In this document: piece after piece, positions 34,404 to 43,591 of the stretch | Layout: every line of letters begins with the position of its first letter | How positions within the stretch are numbered: the first letter of the stretch is position 1 | NCBI GenBank assembly: GCA_012521345.1 | Contig: JAAYMN010000066.1 | Location: 5,376-69,375, forward strand | Direction of reading: 5' to 3' | Origin: Bacillota bacterium | GTDB lineage: Bacteria; Bacillota; Dethiobacteria; Dethiobacterales; Dethiobacteraceae | DNA length: 64,000 nucleotides | The notes under the pieces: generated by a model | What the model was told of the DNA's origin: nothing | The model's input: the letters and a program-made list of their open reading frames with translations, nothing else | The model's database searches: none | Program-made: the position numbers and the translations under genes

Positions 34404-34882
34404 TCTCTTACCTCCTCGTCAGGTGTTAATGCATCCAGCAGGTGTAAAGCATTATTCATCAACCTGTCCGACCAGCCAAATTTGAGAACGCTCTGTTCCC
34501 GCGCTGCGGGAATAATCAACCGGTTTTCTTTTATCTCCGGTATCTCCGGTATTGTTTCCGTCAGGTGGCGGAAGATGCCGGCGGAAGTCAGCCAAAGTGT
34601 AAGACAGGCCGCAGCTGCATAGTAAAAAAGCAGGCGCTTTTTGGCGCTTTCTTTTTTCTTCTGCGCAGCATAAGCATTTATCTTTTGCATTACCTGTGCG
34701 GTAAACTGCGGGCTGATCTGCATGCCGGAAAAGACTTCCTGCTTTGTGGCAATGAAGGTAAGATACTCATTTAAGCATTCATCACATGCCAGCAGGTGTT
34801 CTTCCATTTTACCGCGTTTTTTCTCGTCAGCAGTCCGCCCTTCCGTAAATGCTTTCCATTCCTGCCGGGTGTAATGCGTCAT
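34400..34882 (-). CDS. Anti-sigma factor (zf-HC2-like) with one TM helix
   Basis: HLLACDECLNEY zinc-finger-like motif and a TM helix (LLFYYAAAACLTLWLTSAGIF). Its ATG forms an ATGA overlap with the sigma gene stop. Confidence 0.75.
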   Translation of the reverse strand: MTHYTRQEWKAFTEGRTADEKKRGKMEEHLLACDECLNEYLTFIATKQEVFSGMQISPQFTAQVMQKINAYAAQKKKESAKKRLLFYYAAAACLTLWLTSAGIFRHLTETIPEIPEIKENRLIIPAAREQSVLKFGWSDRLMNNALHLLDALTPDEEVRE

Positions 34883-35430
34883 CCCTGTTCCTCCTTCCAC
34901 CATGCCTGCAATTTTTTCCGGGCCCTGTAGAGCCTTGTCTCCACTGTTTTTACCGCTACGCCTTCTTCTCCGGCTATCTCCTGGTAACTCTTTCCTGCAA
35001 AGTAATACTTCTTAACTACTCTTTGATAACTTTCCGGCAGCTTCCGGCAAAGACGCCTGATTTTTTCTGCCTCTTCCTGCTGGATGAGCTTCTCTTCTAC
35101 GCCGCCGTATTCCACCTGCACCGCCAGACGTTCCCTGTCCGCCAGCAGGCGCTCCTTCGCTTGTCTTCTCTGCTGCTTTCTCTTCCAGTCAATGGCCTTG
35201 TGGACAGCAATCCTGCCCAGCCACGTCCTGAAACCTTCAAACCGGTACTGGGGCAAAGAGATGTACATCTGCAGGAATACTTCCTGGGCGATGGTTTCTG
35301 TATTGCAACCGTCGCCTGTGAGATTGAGAATGATGGCAAGAACATATGCCTGATATTTTTTCACCAGTTGCTCACAGGCAGCCTTGTCTCCGGAAACTGC
35401 GCGCTTAACGAGCAAATCCTCGGAGTTCAT
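34879..35430 (-). CDS. ECF (group 4) sigma-70 family sigma factor
   Basis: Region 2 (AQEVFLQMYISLPQY..FRTWLGRIAVHKAIDWKR) and region 4 (SYQEIAGEEGVAVKTVETRLYRARKKL). The ATG at 35430 follows a G-rich SD. Confidence 0.88.
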   Translation of the reverse strand: MNSEDLLVKRAVSGDKAACEQLVKKYQAYVLAIILNLTGDGCNTETIAQEVFLQMYISLPQYRFEGFRTWLGRIAVHKAIDWKRKQQRRQAKERLLADRERLAVQVEYGGVEEKLIQQEEAEKIRRLCRKLPESYQRVVKKYYFAGKSYQEIAGEEGVAVKTVETRLYRARKKLQAWWKEEQG

Positions 35431-35647
35431 CTCTTCCCCCCTTTTCCGGCCGTTTGCCTTTCCTTTATATAGACGCAATGAAAAAGTTTATCCCTTCAAC
35501 TTTTGCGTGAAATTATACGTTTTGTTTGCCGCATCGTTGTTTTCTATGTACCTTCCCGCCCATATTGATAATCTCTATTTGTTGCGTGAAAAAAGGTACA
35601 GGTATAATTATCACGAACACGCATACCCAATAAAGGAGTGATGTAAC

Positions 35648-36736
35648 ATGGACCGCAGAAAAATTCTGCTCAGTGGTTTGTTGGTAGGTTTTTTAGGCGT
35701 TCTGCTTGTTTATTTCGGCAATCCGGCAAACATGGGAGTATGTGTGGCCTGTTTTATCCGTGATATAGCGGGCGGACTCGGCCTGCACAGGGCAGAACCG
35801 GTACAGTACATACGCCCGGAAATTAGCGGTTTTATCCTTGGCGCTTTTCTGACGGCACTGCTGACAGGTGAATTTCGTGCCCGCGGCGGCTCTTCACCGC
35901 TTGTGCGCTTTTTTATCGGGATGGCAATAATGATCGGTGCCTTGACCTTTTTAGGCTGCCCGCTGCGCATGGTGCTGCGCCTGGCCGCTGGCGACCTGAA
36001 CGCCCTGGTAGGTCTTGTTGGTTTTGTTTTTGGCATTTTTATCGGTGTGCAGTTTTTGAAAAAAGACTTCTCCCTCGGGCGCAGCCACAGGCTGCCTGCG
36101 GCAAACGGATTTGCCATGCCGGCATTCGCTCTGGTATTATTAATTCTGGTAGTGACAGCCCCTGCTTTTATTTTCTTCAGTGAAAGCGGTCCGGCTGCGT
36201 CAAGGGCACCAGTTGTTATCTCACTGGCAGCGGGCCTGCTGATTGGTTTTGCCGTGCAGCGGACCCGCCTGTGCCAGGTTGGCTGTTTCCGCGATCTGAT
36301 ATTAATTAAGGACCCGCACCTGCTCTACGGCACGGCCGGCATCTTTGCCGCAGCGCTGATTATGAATCTAACCTTTGGCTATTTTAAACTTGGTTTTGTT
36401 GATCAGCCTGTTGCCCATACCGACGGACTCTGGAATTTCATCGGACTGGCTGTAGTTGGCCTGGGGGCAACCCTTCTGGGCGGCTGCCCGCTGCGCCAGC
36501 TTGTCCTCTCCGGTGAAGGCGATACCGACGCGGCTTTTACCGTTTTTGGCCTTTTGGCGGGAGCAGCAGTTTCCCACAATTTCGGCCTTGCCGCCAGCGC
36601 CAACGGTGTCACCGCGGCCGGGCAAATAGGTGTCCTGATTGCAGCCGCTTTCCTGCTTGTTGTCGGCTTTGCCTTCACGAAAAGCGAAATCACTGTCAGG
36701 CAAAAAGGAGGCGCAACGCATGAGCACACTGACTAA
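35648..36736 (+). CDS. yedE: YedE/YeeE family selenium/sulfur-compound transport membrane protein
   Basis: Polytopic, with duplicated GCPLR motifs (LGCPLRMVLRLAAGD / LGGCPLRQLVLSGEGD) and VCVACF near the N-terminus. Confidence 0.85.
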   Translation: MDRRKILLSGLLVGFLGVLLVYFGNPANMGVCVACFIRDIAGGLGLHRAEPVQYIRPEISGFILGAFLTALLTGEFRARGGSSPLVRFFIGMAIMIGALTFLGCPLRMVLRLAAGDLNALVGLVGFVFGIFIGVQFLKKDFSLGRSHRLPAANGFAMPAFALVLLILVVTAPAFIFFSESGPAASRAPVVISLAAGLLIGFAVQRTRLCQVGCFRDLILIKDPHLLYGTAGIFAAALIMNLTFGYFKLGFVDQPVAHTDGLWNFIGLAVVGLGATLLGGCPLRQLVLSGEGDTDAAFTVFGLLAGAAVSHNFGLAASANGVTAAGQIGVLIAAAFLLVVGFAFTKSEITVRQKGGATHEHTD

Positions 36737-36944
36737 ACTGGACGTGCGCGGCCTGTCCTGCCCCGAGCCGGTCATCAGGGTGAAAAAAGCAATTGAAGCA
36801 AACCCCGGCGAGCCGCTGACCGTTTTGTGCGACAGCTTTGTCGCTGCCGAAAACATCCGCCGGCTCTCCGGCTCTCTGGGCTACAAGTGTGAGACAGTCG
36901 AAAATGATGATGAATTTGTCCTGACACTCACGAAGAAGGTGTAA
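36720..36944 (+). CDS. yedF: TusA/SirA-like sulfurtransferase (YedF-like)
   Basis: LDVRGLSCPEPVIRVKKAI contains the CPxP active-site motif. About 74 aa. It overlaps the yedE 3' end. Confidence 0.85.
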   Translation: MSTLTKLDVRGLSCPEPVIRVKKAIEANPGEPLTVLCDSFVAAENIRRLSGSLGYKCETVENDDEFVLTLTKKV

Positions 36945-36946
36945 AC

Positions 36947-37219
36947 TTGACCACTTATTATGTTGCTTCTTTCCATTCCGTTTCCCAGGCGCTCCGCTTT
37001 GAAAAGCTGCTGCAGGAAAAAGCAATTCCGGTAAAGATGATTCCAGTACCCCGGCTGCTCTCTTCCTCCTGCGGAATTGCCGCCCGTTTTGAAGCCGACG
37101 ATTACCCTAAAGTAGCTTCCCTGCTGGCAGCAGGAGGAGAAAACGCTTATGAAGTATACCTCTTTACCTCAGACGGAAAAAATGTCCAGGCGGAACGGGT
37201 ATGGAAAGCAAATGCTTAA
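36947..37219 (+). CDS. DUF3343 domain protein (putative Se/S carrier)
   Basis: YYVASFHSVSQALRFEKLLQEKAIPVKMIPVPRLLSSSCGIAARF is the DUF3343 pattern. TTG start. Confidence 0.75.
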   Translation: MTTYYVASFHSVSQALRFEKLLQEKAIPVKMIPVPRLLSSSCGIAARFEADDYPKVASLLAAGGENAYEVYLFTSDGKNVQAERVWKANA

Positions 37220-37347
37220 AATAAAGTCACAACTTGGATTCTGTACGCATTTTCGCTGTTGACCTGTTCTTCCCCTTCCCGACTGTTCCACCTGAAAGAA
37301 TAACATCTGCCACTTACAATCTGCTGTTCTCAGTCTAATTCAAGAAT

Positions 37348-37390
37348 AAGAGGTGCCGAATGCAGCTGCGGCGCCTCTTTTCGTTTCTTT
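37348..37390 (+). terminator. Intrinsic terminator of the yedE-yedF-DUF3343 operon
   Basis: aagaggtgccg(37348-58)/cggcgcctctt(37369-79) followed by TTTTCGTTT. Confidence 0.75.
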
Positions 37391-37511
37391 ATTCTTCGTC
37401 ACTAAATTTCCGGATTTTGCTCTTTTGTATAGTGATTGCTTAAAGAAAATTTTTAATATATAATCAGGCTAGAATGTTACTGATTTTTCCTTTACAGGGA
37501 GATTATAAGGG

Positions 37512-38438
37512 ATGTGCAAAAAAAAGATATTGGTCATTGACGATACTGAGTTTATGACTAAACTGATCTCCAATATCTTGACTGACGCCGGCTTCGACGT
37601 TGTCATTGCCAAGGACGGCTTCGAGGGGCTGGAGAAGGTAAAAACCGAAAAACCAGATCTCGTCATACTTGATATCGTTATGCCCGGAATCAACGGTTTT
37701 GAAGTATGCAAAATCTTGCGGGAGGATGCCCGTTACAACCTGATGCCCATTATCATGCTTACCTCCCAGGAAAATGAAGACGACAAGCTGACGGGATTGG
37801 AACTCGGGGCGGATGATTACATTATCAAGCCTTTTAACAGCAGGGAACTGGTCAACAGGGTCCGGAACACTTTAATACGCATCGACAGAAACAGGTGGGC
37901 CAACCCGCTGACAGGCCTGCGGGGCAATATTGAAATTCAGCTGGAAATCAATCGGAGAATAGCCAGCAAACAGCTTTTTGCCGTTATCTACGCCGATATT
38001 GACAACTTTAAGACCTACAACGATTTGTATGGCTATGCCAACGGAGACAGGGCCATAAAGCTGGTGGCAGATATCATTACCGATAATGTAAAAATATTCG
38101 GCAATGCGAATGATTTTATCGGCCATATAGGCGGCGATGACTTTCTGGTTGTCTCAACGCCCGAGAAAGCGGAAGCAATCTGCAAGGGAATTATCTGCGA
38201 CTTTGACAGCAAGAAAATAGAGCTTTATCCAGAGGAGGATATACGGAGAAAGTATTTAGTCACCAGCAACAGGCAGGGACAGGTCACCCAGCTCCCCTTA
38301 ATCACCATCTCACTTGCCATAGTGACCAATGAAGCAAAGGAGCTGACAAGCCAGCTCCAAATCTCAGAAATTGTGGCAAAACTGAAACAAATAGCAAAAT
38401 CTATGCCGGGCAGTACTTTTCTGAAAAATAGTCTGTGA
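37512..38438 (+). CDS. Response regulator receiver plus GGDEF-domain protein (GGDDF variant)
   Basis: Rec domain (KILVIDD...DLVILDIVMPGINGFE...LTS). GGDEF domain (IYADIDNFKTYNDLYGYANGDRAI...IGHIGGDDFLVV). Confidence 0.88.
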   Translation: MCKKKILVIDDTEFMTKLISNILTDAGFDVVIAKDGFEGLEKVKTEKPDLVILDIVMPGINGFEVCKILREDARYNLMPIIMLTSQENEDDKLTGLELGADDYIIKPFNSRELVNRVRNTLIRIDRNRWANPLTGLRGNIEIQLEINRRIASKQLFAVIYADIDNFKTYNDLYGYANGDRAIKLVADIITDNVKIFGNANDFIGHIGGDDFLVVSTPEKAEAICKGIICDFDSKKIELYPEEDIRRKYLVTSNRQGQVTQLPLITISLAIVTNEAKELTSQLQISEIVAKLKQIAKSMPGSTFLKNSL

Positions 38439-38604
38439 TTTTTTGTTTCTTCGGCGGATTTTTACCATACAAGAGTTAATTACAGCCAACAATGAAGGTG
38501 ATGAGAAACAAAATTTCCCATGCCTGGTAGCCACCTTTGAGCCGCCTGCTTATGTCTCCTTTGCCGTACCAACAATTGGTTTACTTGACAATATGATCGA
38601 GTAT

Positions 38605-38656
38605 AAAGGCACAGCATCTGCGGACAACTGCTCCGTAAGTGCTGTGCCTTTTATCT
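38605..38656. terminator. Bidirectional terminator between convergent genes
   Basis: aaaggcacagca(38605-16)/tgctgtgccttt(38640-51), a 12-bp stem with a 23-nt loop and a T-run on the plus side. Confidence 0.55.
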
Positions 38657-38686
38657 GCAGAAAATATTTCGCTGCTGTGCCCTCCC

Positions 38687-39955
38687 CTACGCCCAGATCA
38701 GCCAGATGAGCACATACCCGGTAAGAACGGCGGCAAGCGTAAAGGGTATGCCTATTTTCATGAATTCCGTGACGCTGACTTCATAACCTTCCTTGCGCAG
38801 AATCCCCAGGCCTGTAATATTGGCTGAGGCCCCGATGGGGGTTAGATTTCCGCCCAGCGTCGCACCTGTTAATAAACCAAAATACAAAAGTGTGGGCTCG
38901 ATGCCAATCAATTGGGCAGTCCCCGCCGCAACAGGCAGCATGGTGGCTACATAAGGGATATTGTCAATAAAAGCGGAGAGGAGGACGGATGCCCAGACAA
39001 TCAGGGTGTAAATCACAAAAACATTATCCTTGCTTATCTTGACAAATAGTTTGCTGATATCTTCAACCACACCCGCTTCAGTGATACTGCCGATAACAAT
39101 AAAAAGGCCCACCAAAAGGAAAATGGTGAAATAATCAATTTCTTTCAGGGCATTAAGAATAAGTTTGCCGTCTTTCCAGACGAGATAACTCCTGATAAAA
39201 CCGATAATACATAAAGAAACACAGATAATACCGTTGATTGTTTTTGGCATGTTGCCCAAAAAAGAGGCGAGAATCAAAAGGGCAATCATACCGACAAGCA
39301 GGATGGTCGGGAAATAGTCTGAAACTTCCGTTCTTCCCGGAGACTGAACAGGAGAGTTTTCTTTCCTAAAAAGATACAGCAAGACAAAAGTTGAAGCCAC
39401 TGCGCCGGCCTGTACAACCCAAAACATGCCGGGTTTCCCCTGAAAAACAAAAAAATCCAGGAAGTTCATGCCGGCATGTCCGCCAAGCAGAATAGAAGTT
39501 GTGTCCCCGACCAAGGTAGCCGCTCCCTGCAAATTGGAAGCCACAGAAATAGCTATAATACTGTTGACGGGAGAGATCTGCAGTTTTTTGGCAATGGTAA
39601 CGGCTACCGGGGCAACCATTAACACCGTGGCCACATTGTCTATAAAGGCGGAAATAAAACCTGCAAAAAGGGACAGGGAAACTATTGCCCACTTAACGTT
39701 GGGAGTTTTTTCAATAATCAGGTCCGCCAGCAGGGAGGGCATCCTAGACTCGATAAACAAAGAAACTATACCCATGGTACCGGCAATCATCATAATAACA
39801 TTCCAGTCCACGGCACTTAAGACTTTTGTTGCCGGCATAATCCCCAGCAAAACAAAGGCCAGGGCTGAAAGCAGGGCAATGTAGGCGCGAATTTTCGGAA
39901 AAATTAAAAGCAGCACATAAGTTAAGAGAAAAAGTGCAATGGCTGTAGTCTTCAT
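38687..39955 (-). CDS. ArsB/NhaD-superfamily anion permease
   Basis: Polytopic, 422 aa, with duplicated FIDN(V/I)..V motifs (SAFIDNVATVLMVAPV / SAFIDNIPYVATMLPV). Confidence 0.75.
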   Translation of the reverse strand: MKTTAIALFLLTYVLLLIFPKIRAYIALLSALAFVLLGIMPATKVLSAVDWNVIMMIAGTMGIVSLFIESRMPSLLADLIIEKTPNVKWAIVSLSLFAGFISAFIDNVATVLMVAPVAVTIAKKLQISPVNSIIAISVASNLQGAATLVGDTTSILLGGHAGMNFLDFFVFQGKPGMFWVVQAGAVASTFVLLYLFRKENSPVQSPGRTEVSDYFPTILLVGMIALLILASFLGNMPKTINGIICVSLCIIGFIRSYLVWKDGKLILNALKEIDYFTIFLLVGLFIVIGSITEAGVVEDISKLFVKISKDNVFVIYTLIVWASVLLSAFIDNIPYVATMLPVAAGTAQLIGIEPTLLYFGLLTGATLGGNLTPIGASANITGLGILRKEGYEVSVTEFMKIGIPFTLAAVLTGYVLIWLIWA

Positions 39956-39967
39956 TTGCTGGTCCCC

Positions 39968-40342
39968 TTAGTTTATCTCATAATTGCCTAATGAGGCATA
40001 CCAATACCTTATTATAGCAGTTTGCCCTTCCTTTATCAATGTTCGGTCCGTGGCCGGCACTTCATATCTTTCTTTGCACACCAGCTGCCATTCTGCAGTT
40101 GGGAAAAAGCCAAATCTTACCCAGCCTGCAAATACTTTGCCATCTTTTTCATATAGGAATTTATAAATAGTCTCGCTTTTGCGAATCCCGGCAAAAGGTC
40201 CTACCTTTTTTTTCTCCACCCGGAGTACTGTTCCTCCCAGCGATATTATACGCGCTTTAATTTTTTGCCGGTGGAACAAGTTCTGCAGCAATGCCAAGGC
40301 AGCAACGACAATGATAAACGCCGCAATGACAGTAAATTCCAT
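39968..40342 (-). CDS. Small membrane-anchored hypothetical protein
   Basis: The ATG at 40342 follows GGAGGGAG. One N-terminal TM helix (VIAAFIIVVAALALLQNLF). No recognisable family. Confidence 0.5.
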   Translation of the reverse strand: MEFTVIAAFIIVVAALALLQNLFHRQKIKARIISLGGTVLRVEKKKVGPFAGIRKSETIYKFLYEKDGKVFAGWVRFGFFPTAEWQLVCKERYEVPATDRTLIKEGQTAIIRYWYASLGNYEIN

Positions 40343-40500
40343 ACCGGCTCCCTCCGGGCAGAATATGGTGAGCTTTTTATTATATTCACCATGAGCCTGC
40401 CTTGCGCCAACCAGAAAAGACGCCGCGGCAGGAAAAAAAGCCGGCAACCGGTACCGGCTTTCCAGCCCTTGTCAAGGCGTTTTGCCAATCTCGCCCGCAT

Positions 40501-41160
40501 CTATTGCGCATGCATGTCTTCGTAAATATCAACGGCAACAATATTATACCCGCGCGTTTTCAGCACATCAGTAATGGAGGTATCGGCGGCAGTAAGCCTG
40601 ATGATCACGAAAGCTTTATCCGCATTTTCCCGGAAAACGGCAATCCGCGAGATATTGGCGCCGTAGTCCCTGATGACTTCCGTCACATCGGCCAGGACGC
40701 CTGGTTTGTCTTCCGTTAAGATGGTAATGCGGATGCCTGCTTCCCTGACTCCCAAAAGATCGATAAAGGCATCAAAAATATTTGTCTCTGTAATGATTCC
40801 AACCAGTTTGCCGTTTTCACAAACAGGCAGCGCCCCGATCTTGTGATCCCGCATCAAAAGAGCCGCTTCTTCCAGCAGCGCATCCGGGGCAACTGTGATC
40901 ACGTTCTGCTGCTTGGGGATCACATCGCCTATTTTCGTTTTTGCCAGCAGGTAATTAATTTCAAAGACACTCAGACTGGTGGCCGGCGAGGGAGACAATT
41001 CCATTAAATCCCGCTCCGTAACAATGCCCACCAGCTTGCCCTTTTCCATCACAGGCAGGCGGCGAATGCTGTTGTTCCGCATTATATCCAAGGCTTCGGC
41101 AATGGTGGTCTGGCGGGTGATGGTAATGGGATCCTTGGTCATCCGCGATCGCACGTACAT
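40501..41160 (-). CDS. CBS-pair plus ACT domain protein (AcuB-like)
   Basis: Two CBS motifs (RRLPVMEKGKLVGIVTERDL / GALPVCENGKLVGIITETNI) followed by an ACT-like domain (IRITILTEDKPGVLADVTEVI). Confidence 0.8.
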   Translation of the reverse strand: MYVRSRMTKDPITITRQTTIAEALDIMRNNSIRRLPVMEKGKLVGIVTERDLMELSPSPATSLSVFEINYLLAKTKIGDVIPKQQNVITVAPDALLEEAALLMRDHKIGALPVCENGKLVGIITETNIFDAFIDLLGVREAGIRITILTEDKPGVLADVTEVIRDYGANISRIAVFRENADKAFVIIRLTAADTSITDVLKTRGYNIVAVDIYEDMHAQ

Positions 41161-41183
41161 CTCAAAACACCTCCTCCTTTGTA

Positions 41184-41888
41184 TTACCCCCCCAGGTAAG
41201 CCTTTTTAATCTGCTCGCTTTCCGCCAGTTCCTTCGCGGCTCCGGAGGACACAATGCGCCCCGTTTCCAGGACATATGCCCGGTGGGCAACAGATAAAGC
41301 CATATTTGCATTTTGCTCTACTAAAAGAATGGTGGTGCCTGCTTCGTTAATTTCTTTAATAATGGAGAAGATTTCTTTCACCAGAATGGGCGCCAGGCCC
41401 ATGGAAGGTTCATCCAAGAGCAGAAGCTTTGGCTGGGACATTAAAGCCCGTCCTATGGCCAGCATTTGCTGCTCCCCGCCGCTTAAAGTACCTGCCTGTT
41501 GATGGATTCTTTCACGCAAGCGGGGAAATCTATCAAAGACTTTTTCCAGGGTCTGTTTAATTCCTCTCTTGTCCTGCCGCAGGTAAGCGCCCATTTCCAA
41601 ATTCTCAAGCACTGATAAGTTGGCAAAGATTCTGCGGCCTTCAGGCACCTGGGAAAGGCCCATTCTAACGATTTCCTGAGCAGGCGTCTGCGTAATATTA
41701 TGCCCGTTAAACGTTATTATGCCATTTTTGGGCCTGATCAGGCCCGAAATTGTTTTGAGAGATGTGCTTTTGCCTGCCCCGTTGGCGCCAATCAGGGTAA
41801 CTATTTCCCCTTCTTCCACTTCCAGGGAAAAATCTTTTAAAGCATGAATAGCGCCGTAATAAACATCAATATTTTCTACTCTTAACAC
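41184..41888 (-). CDS. livF: Branched-chain amino acid ABC transporter ATP-binding protein LivF
   Basis: Walker A GANGAGKST, signature LSGGEQQML, Walker B LLLLDEPS. Operon context agrees. Confidence 0.92.
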   Translation of the reverse strand: MLRVENIDVYYGAIHALKDFSLEVEEGEIVTLIGANGAGKSTSLKTISGLIRPKNGIITFNGHNITQTPAQEIVRMGLSQVPEGRRIFANLSVLENLEMGAYLRQDKRGIKQTLEKVFDRFPRLRERIHQQAGTLSGGEQQMLAIGRALMSQPKLLLLDEPSMGLAPILVKEIFSIIKEINEAGTTILLVEQNANMALSVAHRAYVLETGRIVSSGAAKELAESEQIKKAYLGG

Positions 41889-41889
41889 T

Positions 41890-42648
41890 TTAAGCCTCCT
41901 CTCCCAGGTAGGCTTCTATTACCCGCTTGTTGTTTTTGATTTCCTCCGGCGTCCCCTGGGCAATTACTTTGCCATAATCCAGAACATAAATGCGTTCGCA
42001 AATCCCCATCACCAAAGACATGTCATGTTCAATCAACAGAATGGTAAGCCCGAAAAGCCGGCGAATTTTCTTGATCAGTTCCATCAAATCCTTTGTTTCC
42101 AGGGGATTCATGCCGGCTGCAGGTTCGTCCAGCAAGAGCAGTTTGGGCTTTGCGGCCAAAGCGCGGACAATTTCCAGCCGGCGCTGCTCTCCATAAGGCA
42201 GGCTGTTGGCCGGCTCGTCCTTTTTTTCGGCCAGGTTAAACATCTCCAGCAGTTCCAGGGCATTTTCCTGCATCTGCCTTTCACCGTTGACACAGCTTTT
42301 TAAGCGCAGGAGCGCACCGGCCAGAGAGTAGCGGCTGTGCCAGTGGCAGGCCACTTTTACATTTTCAATAACCGATAAAGAGTTAAACAAACGAATATTT
42401 TGAAAGGTCCGAGCCATGCCCCTGGCCGTTATTTGATACGGTTTCAGGCCGACAACGCTTTTGCCTTCCAGGATTATATCACCCTCGGTGGGTGTGTAGA
42501 CACCGGTTAGCAAGTTAAAAACTGTGGTTTTTCCAGCACCGTTGGGACCGATGAGACCGACCAGTTCCCCCTGCTGCAATTCCAAATCCAGGTTGGATAC
42601 AGCCGCCAAACCACCGAATGTTTTCGTCAGACGTTTGGTTGCCAGCAT
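41890..42648 (-). CDS. livG: Branched-chain amino acid ABC transporter ATP-binding protein LivG
   Basis: GPNGAGKTT, LPYGEQRRLEI, LLLLDEPAAGMNP. Confidence 0.92.
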   Translation of the reverse strand: MLATKRLTKTFGGLAAVSNLDLELQQGELVGLIGPNGAGKTTVFNLLTGVYTPTEGDIILEGKSVVGLKPYQITARGMARTFQNIRLFNSLSVIENVKVACHWHSRYSLAGALLRLKSCVNGERQMQENALELLEMFNLAEKKDEPANSLPYGEQRRLEIVRALAAKPKLLLLDEPAAGMNPLETKDLMELIKKIRRLFGLTILLIEHDMSLVMGICERIYVLDYGKVIAQGTPEEIKNNKRVIEAYLGEEA

Positions 42649-43583
42649 TAGCTGCTCCCCCCTTCCTTAACCCGGAAAAGATGCTTGAGTGTAAACTCTT
42701 TTGTGCCCATCAGACCCTGGGGGCGGAAGACCATGATGATTACCAGCAACAAAGCATAAATGATCATTCTGAGGGAGCCAAAATTAATTAGGGCTGCATT
42801 CATGAAAGTTACTGCCATGGCGGCGATAATGGAGCCGGTAATGCTGCCCAGCCCGCCAAAAACAACCATCACTAAAGCATCAAAGGATTTCATAAAACTA
42901 AAGGTTGCAGGCTGGATTAAAAAGAAATAGTGGGCATACAGCGCCCCCGCAATACCGGCAAAGAACGCTCCAATGCTAAAAGCCAGCACTTTATAGTAAG
43001 TTGTGTTTATGCCCATGGTTTCGGCAGCCAGCTCGTTGTCTCTGATGGCAATACAGGCTCTGCCGTGGGTGGAGTTGACAAAGTTTTTGATGCTGAAAAC
43101 AGTTAACAGGGTGAAAAGATAGAGCCAAGTCCAGTTGGTAAGCTTGGGAATGCCGTTAATGCCTGCCGCTCCGCCGACATAATCGATATTCACCAGAAGA
43201 CCGCGTATAATCTCGCCAAAGCCAAGCGTAGCTATGGCCAGATAGTCGCCTGTCAGGCGCAGCGTAGGCAGGCCGATAATTATTCCAATCACAAAGGCAC
43301 AGACTGCGCCTGCCAGAATGGCCGGAAGGAAAGGTTGTCCCAATTTCAGGGTCAGGACGGCAGAAACATAAGCGCCGACAGCCATAAAACCTGCGTGCCC
43401 CAGGGCCAGCTGCCCCGTAAAGCCGACAATCAGATTTAAGCTAACTGCCGCAATGATATTAATTCCCATGAGGTAGAGGTTGACCTGATAGTAAGGCGCG
43501 ATCAGTCCGGTGCCAATGGCTGCATAAACCGCCAGGTACAGAGCTATAAGCAGGATACCAATGAGGATATTTTTGTGTTTCAT
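42648..43583 (-). CDS. livM: Branched-chain amino acid ABC transporter permease LivM
   Basis: Polytopic, with GQLALGHAGFMAVGAY as the LivM signature. Confidence 0.9.
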   Translation of the reverse strand: MKHKNILIGILLIALYLAVYAAIGTGLIAPYYQVNLYLMGINIIAAVSLNLIVGFTGQLALGHAGFMAVGAYVSAVLTLKLGQPFLPAILAGAVCAFVIGIIIGLPTLRLTGDYLAIATLGFGEIIRGLLVNIDYVGGAAGINGIPKLTNWTWLYLFTLLTVFSIKNFVNSTHGRACIAIRDNELAAETMGINTTYYKVLAFSIGAFFAGIAGALYAHYFFLIQPATFSFMKSFDALVMVVFGGLGSITGSIIAAMAVTFMNAALINFGSLRMIIYALLLVIIMVFRPQGLMGTKEFTLKHLFRVKEGGSS

Positions 43584-43591
43584 TTTTCCAC

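Noticed and set aside
35431-35520. ECF-type autoregulatory promoter (TGAAGG-N17-CGTC) upstream of the ECF sigma gene.
   Set aside because: It matches generic ECF consensus only loosely. The -35 lacks the AAC core at the proper spacing, so it is not listed as a feature.
38443-38709. 88-aa plus-strand ORF downstream of the Rec-GGDEF gene.
   Set aside because: It spans a bidirectional terminator hairpin and runs into the convergent permease gene, and its product has no recognisable features.
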